From contig CARNVA010000004.1 of NCBI GenBank assembly GCA_949031345.1, positions 468 through 64,467 on the forward strand: DNA of 64,000 nt, given 5' to 3'. Position 1 is the stretch's first letter. Every line of letters begins with the position of its first letter. Both the position numbers and the translations under genes were made by a program. The notes below the pieces were generated by a model that was not told where the DNA came from, did no database searches, and saw only the letters and a program-made list of their open reading frames with translations. The stretch is from an uncultured Eubacteriales bacterium (GTDB lineage Bacteria; Bacillota; Clostridia; Christensenellales; UBA1242). This document shows positions 17,600 through 26,281 of this stretch, piece after piece.

Positions 17600-18127
17600 A
17601 TGGAAATTAAACACTATGCCAGCATAACAACAAACAAAAATGTTGTACCCCAAAATAAGACAAAACAAGTTGATACAACAAATATACTCGACATAAAAAT
17701 TCCAAAGTCTGCCTATCGCGTAGTTTTGTTTGACAGAATTGTAAGTGAAATAGAATTTGGTGGCAAAAAAATGCCTGTTGCAACTAAAAGAATAAATCAA
17801 AAAATATATCATATTGGCAGATTTGAAACTCTTGAAAGTCTGACAAGAAAAGACCCTCTTTTTGTCACAATAGCCAAAGCTGACGGCTGCATTGGAATGG
17901 TGACTTCATACAATGGTGTTGAGACCTTGGTTTTTGAGGGTGAAGGAATAATCGACCCATTAAATAACGAGGATAAAATTACAAAAGAATGCAAAGTTAT
18001 CGCAAACAAAGTCGATGCTGTTGCAAAAGCCTCAACCACCACCCCAAAACATATAACATCTATGAAAAAGACAGCAAAACAAACTCAAGCTGCCGCTGAA
18101 AAAGAAAACAAAAATATTCAAGCTTAA
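17600..18127 (+). CDS. Hypothetical protein
   Basis: The ATG at 17600 is preceded by GGAGGGCAAACTAATG, and the tracked start at 17585 lies inside that RBS. I recognise no family. The C-terminus is Lys/Ala-rich. Confidence 0.5.
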   Translation: MEIKHYASITTNKNVVPQNKTKQVDTTNILDIKIPKSAYRVVLFDRIVSEIEFGGKKMPVATKRINQKIYHIGRFETLESLTRKDPLFVTIAKADGCIGMVTSYNGVETLVFEGEGIIDPLNNEDKITKECKVIANKVDAVAKASTTTPKHITSMKKTAKQTQAAAEKENKNIQA

Positions 18128-18144
18128 TCAGACAAAAATTGAAT

Positions 18145-18175
18145 TAAAAAAAGACTGCATTATGCAGTCTTTTTG
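18145..18175. terminator. Bidirectional Rho-independent terminator
   Basis: AAAAAAAGACTGCA-TTA-TGCAGTCTTTTT lies between convergent genes. Confidence 0.75.
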
Positions 18176-18176
18176 T

Positions 18177-18740
18177 TTAAACTCTTTTGACCTTATCAAT
18201 AAATGCAGATATGGTCGCAACAGTCTTATCAAGGTCAATGTTTTCAACTACAAGGTCATAGCGATCTTTATAAGAACGCTCCATCTCACTTCTTGAAAGC
18301 CTTATCTCAATGTCTTCAGGGCTGTCTCCTCTTTTTAAAAGTCGCTCTCTTAAAACATCGTTTGGTGCATCTAAAAATATCGAAATAAGCCCACATTTGT
18401 CAGCGAAAAATTTTTTCAAATTGACAACGCCCTTGACATCAATATCACGAATATAGTCATTCTTAACATCCTCTGCCGCAAACTGAAGTCTTTCTAAATT
18501 TGTGCCATAAAAATGCCCATGCACATCTTCATACTCAAAAAATAAACCGTCCTCAATGCCCTTTTTAAACTCCTCGTCAGAATAATAAATATATGTATTA
18601 AACTGACTGTCACTCTCTCTTGGCGGACGCGTCGTGCAAGAAGAGCGCTCCAAAACTTTTAAATTTTCTCTTTTTTTGACAAGCTCGTTGATAACAGTGT
18701 TTTTTCCGCTCGATGAAACACCACTAAAAGCAATAAACAT
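18177..18740 (-). CDS. gmk: Guanylate kinase-like protein
   Basis: P-loop (FSGVSSSGKNT), then SCTTRPPRESD...FFEYEDVHGHFYGT, collinear with guanylate kinase. Confidence 0.7.
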   Translation of the reverse strand: MFIAFSGVSSSGKNTVINELVKKRENLKVLERSSCTTRPPRESDSQFNTYIYYSDEEFKKGIEDGLFFEYEDVHGHFYGTNLERLQFAAEDVKNDYIRDIDVKGVVNLKKFFADKCGLISIFLDAPNDVLRERLLKRGDSPEDIEIRLSRSEMERSYKDRYDLVVENIDLDKTVATISAFIDKVKRV

Positions 18741-18891
18741 ACTTTCTCTCCATGAAAGTATAGTACAATTAAATCAAAAAAAAGTCAAACAAAATTTGTC
18801 TTAATAAAAACTTAAAAGAAGGCAGCTGCCTCCTTTTTATCTAATAAGAACACCTTATACTAAAATTTTAAAAAAATCCCTATAAAAAGAA

Positions 18892-19587
18892 TCACATTTC
18901 AAAATAAGAGATTATCCCAGCCAAAATGCTGTAACAAAACTTTTCACAATATTTTTCGCTTACAAGCAACTTTTCTTCTTTAGGACTTGACAAAAAGCCA
19001 CACTCAATAAGTATTGCTGGCATCTTAGCCGTATTGATGACATAATAGTCCCCCACGCTTACATAATCTCTTGCACTCGAGAAAGATTTGCATATATTCA
19101 ATTGCACACTTTTGGCAAGGTCAAACCCACTTTCACTGCCCTTCGCATAAAAGACAGCTGCACCCTCACAAGAAGGTAGCGGAAAAGAATTCATGTGAAT
19201 GCTGACCATTAAATCGGCACCACTTCCATTGATAATTTGCTTTCGTCTCTCCATTTCACTCTTTTTCTTGTTTGAAGCGTTTTCATCATAAAGCCCTTTC
19301 ATGTCATTGCGAGTGAGAGTAGCTTTTATTCCAAAATCGCCAGCAAGCTCGGCAAGCTTTTTAGCATAAGTAAGATTAAGCTCACTTTCAGTCACCCCAG
19401 TGCTAACCCCAATCGCTCCGCCATCCCTGCCACCATGCCCGACATCAATAACAATGCTGTGCTTATACTTAGGAATTGCAGCCGCTTTGACAGAATAAAA
19501 AGCTCCGCAAAAAACACCAACGCATAAAAAACACAAGAAAATAGCAATAATAGTCTTCTTTTTTATAGTCAAAAATTTAAGTTTCAT
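18892..19587 (-). CDS. cwlD: N-acetylmuramoyl-L-alanine amidase, CwlD-like (Amidase_3)
   Basis: Signal/anchor, then IVIDVGHGGRDGGA...LTRND...DLMVSIHMNS. I chose the start at the ATG at 19587 (MKLKFLTIKKK). Confidence 0.75.
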   Translation of the reverse strand: MKLKFLTIKKKTIIAIFLCFLCVGVFCGAFYSVKAAAIPKYKHSIVIDVGHGGRDGGAIGVSTGVTESELNLTYAKKLAELAGDFGIKATLTRNDMKGLYDENASNKKKSEMERRKQIINGSGADLMVSIHMNSFPLPSCEGAAVFYAKGSESGFDLAKSVQLNICKSFSSARDYVSVGDYYVINTAKMPAILIECGFLSSPKEEKLLVSEKYCEKFCYSILAGIISYFEM

Positions 19588-19710
19588 CAAGATATTGTAT
19601 TTGACAAATTTTGCAATTATCACAAATTTTGTCAGTAAGACTTGAAAAAATAAAATTTCGCATGTTAACATCTTCGCATAATCAACATTTAAAAATATGA
19701 GGAGAATAAA

Positions 19711-20448
19711 ATGATTAAAAACGAACAACTAAGTTTGCTATTTTCTACTTTAGATAATGAAACAGATTACGAAGAAGAAAAGCGAAAAAAGAAACAAAAA
19801 CTTGTGCGAAATGAGTTTGAAAAAATTGGTAAATATGGAATGCCACTTATTAAAAAACAAAACATTGATTTAGATAAAATTGAACTTCTAAGTTTTTTAA
19901 AAACAAAGCCTAATGATTTAAATAACAAGCAAAAAACTATACACTTTTTTACTTATGATTGGAATTTTGAATCTGTATATGAAAAAGCAGAGCAAAGTCT
20001 AGAAAAATTGGATCAATACTATGCCCTGCTAACACCTGAATTTAGCACATATAAAGATATGCCACTTGCAAGACAGATTGATAGTGTATTTAAAAATCGC
20101 TGGTGTGGTGCATTTTGGCAAAAACAAGGAATGCTTGTAATCCCAACAATTTCTTGGGGCTCTTATGATTGCTTTGATTTCTTCTGTGATGGCGTTGAAA
20201 AAGGCTCTGTAGTAGCAGTTTCAACTTATACAAGAGAAGATAATAAAAAAGGATTTATGGAAGGTTATGAAATAATGATGAAAAAAATAAATCCAAGCGC
20301 AATAATCTGTTATGGCACCCCTTTTGAAGAAATGACAGGTAATATTAAAGCAATTGACCCATTCAATAGTGAAGAACTTATTAAAAAAATAGGATTTGAA
20401 GAATTTACAAGAAAATATCTCGCTGGACAGTTATATCCAGAAATTTAG
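19711..20448 (+). CDS. DUF4417-like protein
   Basis: 245-aa ORF. IHFFTYDWNFESVY...LLTPEFSTYKDMPLARQIDSVFKNRWCGAFWQKQGMLVIPTISW matches my recollection of the DUF4417 signature. Confidence 0.5.
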   Translation: MIKNEQLSLLFSTLDNETDYEEEKRKKKQKLVRNEFEKIGKYGMPLIKKQNIDLDKIELLSFLKTKPNDLNNKQKTIHFFTYDWNFESVYEKAEQSLEKLDQYYALLTPEFSTYKDMPLARQIDSVFKNRWCGAFWQKQGMLVIPTISWGSYDCFDFFCDGVEKGSVVAVSTYTREDNKKGFMEGYEIMMKKINPSAIICYGTPFEEMTGNIKAIDPFNSEELIKKIGFEEFTRKYLAGQLYPEI

Positions 20449-20457
20449 GAGCTGACT

Positions 20458-21276
20458 ATGGAAGAATTAAAACTAACAATAAATATGCTACCAAAAGGTG
20501 CTTGGAATAATGACTTTAGCAAAACTTTATCAAAAAAGGATTGGGACAAACTTCGCGAGTTTGCATTAACAAGGGCAAATAACCAGTGTGAAATTTGCGG
20601 ATATAAAACTGACGACCTTGATGTACATGAAGAATGGGAATTTGATGTTAAAAAGAAAACACAAACATTGAAAAAAATTATTGCAATTTGCAGCCGATGC
20701 CACGGTGTCAAACATTTCAAAAATTCAGTACGACTTGGCTTTGGCGAAGAAGCACAAAAGCATTTTTTGAAAGTAAACAACTGCTCTGAAATGCAATTTG
20801 CTTCACATCTAAACAAAGCTTTACTTGAATATGAAGAAAGAAACAAAATTTTTAGGTGGAAAATTATCGCAGATTTAGAAAATTTTGGTGGCAAAGATAT
20901 TCAATTTAAACAAAACAACATTCCCCTAATTAAAAACCCTTATGAAAATGTGGAATGGGACATGCTCTCGTTCGAAGAAACGAAGAGCTTATTCGAAATA
21001 AAAAGAAATGACAACTTAATAGGCGCGCCGAAAATTCTAAATGTTTATGTCGACAATTATCAAGGAATGATTTGTGTAAAATCATTATTCGCTGACAAAA
21101 TTGAATGGTTTCTAGACGGAGAAAAAATAAAAACCAAATATAATGTTATTGGATTGTTTACGACTCAAATTAAAATTAAAGACTTCACTGGAGCACGATT
21201 AAAATTTAAACTTACAGGCATAGGCGGAGAAGTAGTTTCAAAAACATTTGAAATCTTGCCTCTGGAGGTGCTATAA
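20458..21276 (+). CDS. HNH-like endonuclease-domain protein with an unknown C-terminal domain
   Basis: CEICGYKTDDLDVHEEWEFD...IAICSRCHGVKHF gives CxxC...HE...CxxCH..H. An AGGAG RBS is present. Its stop overlaps the next start (TAATG). Confidence 0.55.
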   Translation: MEELKLTINMLPKGAWNNDFSKTLSKKDWDKLREFALTRANNQCEICGYKTDDLDVHEEWEFDVKKKTQTLKKIIAICSRCHGVKHFKNSVRLGFGEEAQKHFLKVNNCSEMQFASHLNKALLEYEERNKIFRWKIIADLENFGGKDIQFKQNNIPLIKNPYENVEWDMLSFEETKSLFEIKRNDNLIGAPKILNVYVDNYQGMICVKSLFADKIEWFLDGEKIKTKYNVIGLFTTQIKIKDFTGARLKFKLTGIGGEVVSKTFEILPLEVL

Positions 21277-21569
21277 TGGGAATGTGTAAACCAAGCGGTG
21301 GAATAAGCAATCAAACAGGAAGAGTTGGCTCTTTACCCAGAATATGGTTACCAAATAAAAGAATTGACCTTTATGACAAAAATGGTAATCTTCTCCAACA
21401 GGGATGGTATGGTCCAGATGGTAAAATAATATGGTATCGTGATTGGGCTCATGGCAGTGGAGAACATGAATGGCCTCATGACCATTCTGTTGATTGGGGA
21501 AACAACAAAAAACCAAGACCACCGTATGAAGGCCCTAATGGAGAAAAAACAAACCCTAGTTTTTGCTAA
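21276..21569 (+). CDS. Small His-rich hypothetical protein (possible toxin-tip-like module)
   Basis: 97-aa ORF, translationally coupled to the HNH-like gene. It contains ...DLYDKNGNLLQQGWYGPDGKIIWYRDWAHGSGEHEWPHDHSVDW... A decayed second copy lies at 22066-22223. Confidence 0.45.
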   Translation: MGMCKPSGGISNQTGRVGSLPRIWLPNKRIDLYDKNGNLLQQGWYGPDGKIIWYRDWAHGSGEHEWPHDHSVDWGNNKKPRPPYEGPNGEKTNPSFC

Positions 21570-21581
21570 AAGGAGAATAAT

Positions 21582-22037
21582 ATGAATATAGAAAAAAGCT
21601 ACAAAAAATCATGTGAAGTATGTAAAAAAACAATAAATGTTGATATTTACAAACAAGGAGAATGTCCTTATTGCGGATGGTGGAATTGTTTCTTAAACGA
21701 AGAAAACCCTGACAATATAGCAATGCCCAATTTAATTTCCCTAAATAAAGCTCGTCAACTTTATAGTGAAGGTAAACCTTTCGAACCAAACCTCGATGAA
21801 TTTATTGAAGCATTGTTTAGTTATAGTGAAATGCAGTTTGAATATAAAGGGACATATTATGCAGTTGAATTGTTATTTGATAAAAATAAAGAAACTAAAA
21901 TAAGTTTGTTTAATTCACAAACAAAAAAAGAAGACATCTTTAATGATGACGAAGACTTTAAAAACAATGCAAATATTGATGGTAAACTTTTAAAAGATAT
22001 TTGGGATGATACTACTGACAGATATTGGTTGCAATAA
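21582..22037 (+). CDS. Zinc-ribbon (CxxC-x14-CPxC) protein, paralog 1
   Basis: 151-aa ORF with an AAGGAG RBS. The four Cys are in CEVCKK...ECPYCGW. It is highly similar to 22236-22703 (shared ...KPFEPNLDEFIEALF.YSE.QFEYKGTY.AVEL...DGKLLKDIWDDTTDRYWLQ). Confidence 0.6.
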   Translation: MNIEKSYKKSCEVCKKTINVDIYKQGECPYCGWWNCFLNEENPDNIAMPNLISLNKARQLYSEGKPFEPNLDEFIEALFSYSEMQFEYKGTYYAVELLFDKNKETKISLFNSQTKKEDIFNDDEDFKNNANIDGKLLKDIWDDTTDRYWLQ

Positions 22038-22065
22038 TTATATAAAAACCAACTAAAAATAACAC

Positions 22066-22223
22066 CCTGATGGTAAAGCCATTTGGAATAGAGATTGGTG
22101 ACACTCCAATAAAGATGGAGTGACAAGTTTCCGCATGATCACCCTTGGGATTGGAACAAACCTCCATACAGATTTGCTTATGATGGGACAAATGGCACAA
22201 AAACAAATACAAATATTTGTTAA
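22066..22223 (+). pseudogene. Decayed copy of the 21276-21569 small ORF (3' part only)
   Basis: One frame reads PDGKAIWNRDW, then TGA at 22099. After a frame change it reads FPHDHPWDWNKPPYRFAYDGTNGTKTNTNIC*. The intact copy reads GPDGKIIWYRDWAHGSGEHEWPHDHSVDWGNNKKPRPPYEGPNGEKTNPSFC*. Confidence 0.7.
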
Positions 22224-22235
22224 AAGGAGTAAATT

Positions 22236-22703
22236 ATGGAAAATAAAAATATATACGATGAAATTTTTGACAAGTCTTGTTCAGTTTGTGGAAGAAAAAT
22301 TAAAAAAGATGTTTATGATCAAGGAGATTGTCCATTTTGTAAATGGAAAAATAATCATTTTGCGGATATCAATCCAAATACAGTTTTTTATCCAAACTTA
22401 ATTTCTTTAAACAAAGCAAAGCAACTCTACAAAGCAGGTAAACCTTTTGAGCCCAACCTTGATGAATTTATTGAAGCTCTGTTTTTTTATAGTGAAACGC
22501 AGTTTGAATACAAAGGCACTTATTTTGCGGTTGAACTTGTTGGCAAAAATAAAGATGAGTTAAATATTCAACTTTACAATTCAAAAACAAAAGAAAGTCA
22601 AATATTTAAAACAAAAGATGACTTTAAAAACAATGCAAAAGTTGATGGTAAACTTTTGAAAGATATTTGGGATGACACTACTGACAGATATTGGCTGCAA
22701 TAA
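22236..22703 (+). CDS. Zinc-ribbon (CxxC-x14-CPxC) protein, paralog 2
   Basis: 155-aa ORF with an AAGGAG RBS. The Cys are in CSVCGR...DCPFCKW. It is a tandem paralog of 21582-22037. Confidence 0.6.
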   Translation: MENKNIYDEIFDKSCSVCGRKIKKDVYDQGDCPFCKWKNNHFADINPNTVFYPNLISLNKAKQLYKAGKPFEPNLDEFIEALFFYSETQFEYKGTYFAVELVGKNKDELNIQLYNSKTKESQIFKTKDDFKNNAKVDGKLLKDIWDDTTDRYWLQ

Positions 22704-22945
22704 ATTTAATTTAAAAAAATATCATTGCTAGAATAATATACAAAAAATTGTAATATAAAAGATAACTCATAAAAAATCCAACAACATGTTTAAAAACTGC
22801 AATTGCCAAGATGCAACAATGGTTTAGAAATTCACACTCAGATAAAAAATGTTTATAAATATATTAAAGCCTATCACAAAGGATGGGCTTTTTTTATTTG
22901 ACTATTTTTCAAAATTATTTTAAACTCAATTGTAGGAGGAATTTT

Positions 22946-24127
22946 ATGTTTCCATTAAATATTTTTAAATTTGACAAAACTGAAGAGCATGTTTTTGACA
23001 AATATTTTGCTGAAGAAAATGGTGAATTTTACTTTGAAGGAATGTGGTTTCGCAATCAAAGACCTGAAAACAAAAATCAATCTGGATATATAGACGAGTC
23101 CACTCAAAGAAGAAGATATATTCATTTCTATAATACATATACAAATGTAAGCAGTCACCTTTCATTGAAATATGCTTATTTGATTGTTTCAAACACCCTA
23201 CCAAAAGAGGAAAATGAAAGCTATTTAAACAAAATTTTGACCGCAATTAAAGAAAATGACTTTAATCAAGTTGACCAGCGAATTTGGGAGAAGGAAAATC
23301 TTCAGATAATTATTGATTGTTATGACAACCACCCTAAAAATGAGTCGTGCAATGACACCTTCCCAGGCAACTACAACTCTGTTGATGTCATTGCTGTGAC
23401 AAAAGGCTTTGACTATGAGCATCATTATCACAGAATGTGGAGGCATTCGACAAAGCTTTTCAGAATCCCAGAAACACGCGAAAACCCAACCTATCTCACA
23501 AATGTTGATGAGCTTGAAAAATATCTTCCAGCCCAAATTGAAATGGGATGCGGCCCATCAATCTCAACTGGCATTGACCCATTATATGAAATGCATGAAA
23601 CCTACAGAGTGCAAAATCACCTCACCAAAAAATTCTATTTTGCAGAAGATGACGACCTTATTTTAAGTTTAATCAAAGACCCTGTTTCTACTTACATCAA
23701 TTTTTCACAGACGCCTAAAAAGTGCATTCAAGCCAAGCACTCAGAAGCGTATAAGATTTTTAATCAGCTCTATAAAAAAGGCTTGTTTGTCGGAACAGTT
23801 TACAACAACAATTTTGACAGGCTTGTAAAAAGATTTGATATTCCAGAAATTATTCTCAGGACTTACGAGCTTGAGACCTATATACAAAAAATTGACTTTG
23901 ACCCACGCGCAAAATCTCTGATTTGCATGGGCGCACATGCAGACAGACGCCAAGTTGAAAGACAGGCTCGTGCGGCTGGCAAGAAAGTCATCTTTATCGA
24001 CCCAGAAGGCTTTTATACAAAAGATGGCTTTGAAGCTTATCCAATTGAAGGCCCAAAAGATGATGACTTGATTTTGAAAATGACCTTTGAAGAAGCTATG
24101 GAAAAACTTAAAGACAAATATCTATAA
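22946..24127 (+). CDS. SIR2-like (sirtuin-fold) domain protein with an unknown N-terminal domain
   Basis: The ATG at 22946 follows GGAGGAATTTT. The C-terminal half has GCGPSISTGIDPL (compare GAGIS.S.GIPDF) and VYNNNFDRL (compare TQNID.L), then LICMGAHADR and KVIFIDPEG. No zinc-ribbon Cys are present, and the usual catalytic His position reads R. Confidence 0.45.
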   Translation: MFPLNIFKFDKTEEHVFDKYFAEENGEFYFEGMWFRNQRPENKNQSGYIDESTQRRRYIHFYNTYTNVSSHLSLKYAYLIVSNTLPKEENESYLNKILTAIKENDFNQVDQRIWEKENLQIIIDCYDNHPKNESCNDTFPGNYNSVDVIAVTKGFDYEHHYHRMWRHSTKLFRIPETRENPTYLTNVDELEKYLPAQIEMGCGPSISTGIDPLYEMHETYRVQNHLTKKFYFAEDDDLILSLIKDPVSTYINFSQTPKKCIQAKHSEAYKIFNQLYKKGLFVGTVYNNNFDRLVKRFDIPEIILRTYELETYIQKIDFDPRAKSLICMGAHADRRQVERQARAAGKKVIFIDPEGFYTKDGFEAYPIEGPKDDDLILKMTFEEAMEKLKDKYL

Positions 24128-24135
24128 AAAGCACA

Positions 24136-24166
24136 AAAGTCCACTTAAGACAGTGGACTTTTTTTA
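24136..24166 (+). terminator. Rho-independent terminator closing the plus-strand island
   Basis: AAAGTCCACT-TAAGAC-AGTGGACTTTTTTT. Confidence 0.75.
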
Positions 24167-24200
24167 TAAAAAAGACAGCTCATTTAAAGCCATCTTTCAA

Positions 24201-24395
24201 TTATTTTGATGTTTTTACTTTGCCAGTTGCAACCTCTTCACAAGCAATGCTGATTGCCTTTTTATCTTGGTCAGCAAGCTCAAGCCTGCGCACACTTTCA
24301 ATTTCCTTTGCCCTCTTTGAAACCACATTGCAAAGAATGTATTTATTTCCTTTTGTCTGACTTAAAAGTTTGTCAATTGATGGTTCAATCATCAT
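24201..24395 (-). CDS. rpoZ: DNA-directed RNA polymerase subunit omega
   Basis: 64-aa ORF. PSIDKLLSQTKGNKYILCNVVSKRAKEI is the typical RpoZ N-terminus. Confidence 0.8.
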   Translation of the reverse strand: MMIEPSIDKLLSQTKGNKYILCNVVSKRAKEIESVRRLELADQDKKAISIACEEVATGKVKTSK

Positions 24396-24588
24396 GATAA
24401 TTCACCTCTTTATTTAATTTGCAAGTTTATTCTAACATAAAATTTGAAAAAAGTAAACAACTTATATTGTTTTTTGTGAAAAATATAGACTAAAAATAAA
24501 AGATATGCTACAATTAAATTGAAATTGATTTTTATAAAGAGCTTTTATGAAAATTTTAGATTATATTCAAACAAACCCAAACTAATAG

Positions 24589-25230
24589 TTATTTTAAGCT
24601 TTCCATAATTTTAGCATAAAGCATGTTTGCAAGTTTTTGATGAGCGCCTTCTGTGAAATGCACCCCATCTATGCCTGTCTCAAGCATAAGCGCCGAGAGA
24701 AACATGCAATCGTTTTTTCTTGATAACTCCTTATAAATTCCTTCAAGCAGAAGGCTTTTTTCTTCAGAGCTCTCATCATATTTGCCTTCTTTTCCTGCAT
24801 TAGCAAGTTTGCTGTTTACTTTTGGTGGTGAAATAACTATGACTTTTGGCACATTGCCATTATAATACTTTCTCGTCAAAATAGGCTTAACAATAAATTC
24901 TTCAAAGTCTCTGCCTATCTCTTCGGGCGATTTGTTAAAAGCAATCTTCAACTCATTTGTGCCAAGCATGACAATCACATAATCGAGTGGGTCATGGCTG
25001 TCAAGGCAAGGCAAAAGATAATCAAAGCCGCATCGCCCCTCTTTTCCCTTTCTTAAATCTTTTGAAATAATGGTGCGAGAGTTAAGCCCCTCTTCAATAA
25101 TTTTAAATTGAAGCCCTAAAAGTTTTTGCAACACACCTGTCCAGCGCTTGTTCTCATCATAACGCCTATGTTCGGAGCCAGAAATATAGCCGAAAGTATT
25201 GCTGTCACCAAAACATAAAATTCTTTTCAT
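24589..25230 (-). CDS. SGNH/GDSL-family hydrolase
   Basis: ILCFGDSNTFGY (block I GDS), LGTNE, and DGVHFT (DxxH). Confidence 0.75.
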   Translation of the reverse strand: MKRILCFGDSNTFGYISGSEHRRYDENKRWTGVLQKLLGLQFKIIEEGLNSRTIISKDLRKGKEGRCGFDYLLPCLDSHDPLDYVIVMLGTNELKIAFNKSPEEIGRDFEEFIVKPILTRKYYNGNVPKVIVISPPKVNSKLANAGKEGKYDESSEEKSLLLEGIYKELSRKNDCMFLSALMLETGIDGVHFTEGAHQKLANMLYAKIMESLK

Positions 25231-25318
25231 AATACACCTTTTATAACTATTCCTATCAACCTAAAAAATCGAGCACACAAATAATTGTCGCCTCTATTTA
25301 ATCAAGAATACTTTTTAA

Positions 25319-26131
25319 TTAAAATTCTGGAGGCAACTCTTTATTTCTGTTTGAAGGCACCGAGCCCGTTGAATTTTGTGGGCCTTCTCTTCTGTTGTCT
25401 CTTAAAAGGTCAACAATATCTTCATATTTATCGTTTCTGTTGAAATATCTCACAATGCACTTATTGCTCATGCTGTAAATTCCATCTTCACCAATGATGA
25501 AATCATCCCGCAAAGTGCAACCAGCAAATTCAAATTTTCTTTCAAGGTCAACATGCGCCTCCACATCCTGTTCTGAAGCCTTACAGCTTCCACCTGGATG
25601 ATTGTGTGCAATGCTTATGTATGGCACTTTGAATGTATTGACAAAATTGCTTATCTCTCGCATTTCAATGCCAACCATTTTAAGCGTTCCGCGCGCCAGA
25701 CATCTATCAGCAACAAAATCATTCATGCTGTTGAAACCAAATACATACAATTCTTCTTCAGTTTTATATCTCAATAAATTTTCAGCGTAATCATAAATAT
25801 CACCAAAGGTGCTTAAGCCATCTTCATGCTTTGCTTTTGAAGAGGTGTAAAGATAAAAAACATCCAAAAGTGCCTTAAGCTTTTTAGAAGAAATTTCTCC
25901 CATACCCTTCACTGTCATTAAATCGTCAACTGAAGCATCCATAATAGTAGAAACATTTTTAAACTTATCAAGCAACCTATGTGCCAGCGGATTTACATCA
26001 CCTCTTGGAAAGATGTAAAAAAGGATAAACTCAACAGCTTGTACCTTGCTTAAACCCTGAAGACCAACATTATGCACCGTCTCTAAAAGTCGTTCTCTAT
26101 GTCCAGAATGAATGTTTTCATCTTTTGCCAT
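25319..26131 (-). CDS. radC: RadC-like JAB-domain protein
   Basis: HSGHRERL N-terminus, HhH (VKGMGEISSKKL) and JAMM motif (SIAHNHPGGSCKASEQD). Confidence 0.8.
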   Translation of the reverse strand: MAKDENIHSGHRERLLETVHNVGLQGLSKVQAVEFILFYIFPRGDVNPLAHRLLDKFKNVSTIMDASVDDLMTVKGMGEISSKKLKALLDVFYLYTSSKAKHEDGLSTFGDIYDYAENLLRYKTEEELYVFGFNSMNDFVADRCLARGTLKMVGIEMREISNFVNTFKVPYISIAHNHPGGSCKASEQDVEAHVDLERKFEFAGCTLRDDFIIGEDGIYSMSNKCIVRYFNRNDKYEDIVDLLRDNRREGPQNSTGSVPSNRNKELPPEF

Positions 26132-26281
26132 AACGCCCTCCTTGGCGTAAAATATTGTTATAATTTGCTAAAAAACAAGCAAAATGATTAAAATTTATTA
26201 AAAAATTGCAATTTTTGCTAAATTTAACCTTTTTTTATTTAAATTTTTGGTTATTATCAAAATAAAGTAAAATTAAACAAT

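Noticed and set aside
20445-20894. 149-aa minus-strand ORF antisense to the HNH-like gene
   Set aside because: It overlaps a better-supported plus-strand CDS that has an RBS and translational coupling to its neighbours. Its translation is low-complexity and rich in Ser, Phe and Cys.
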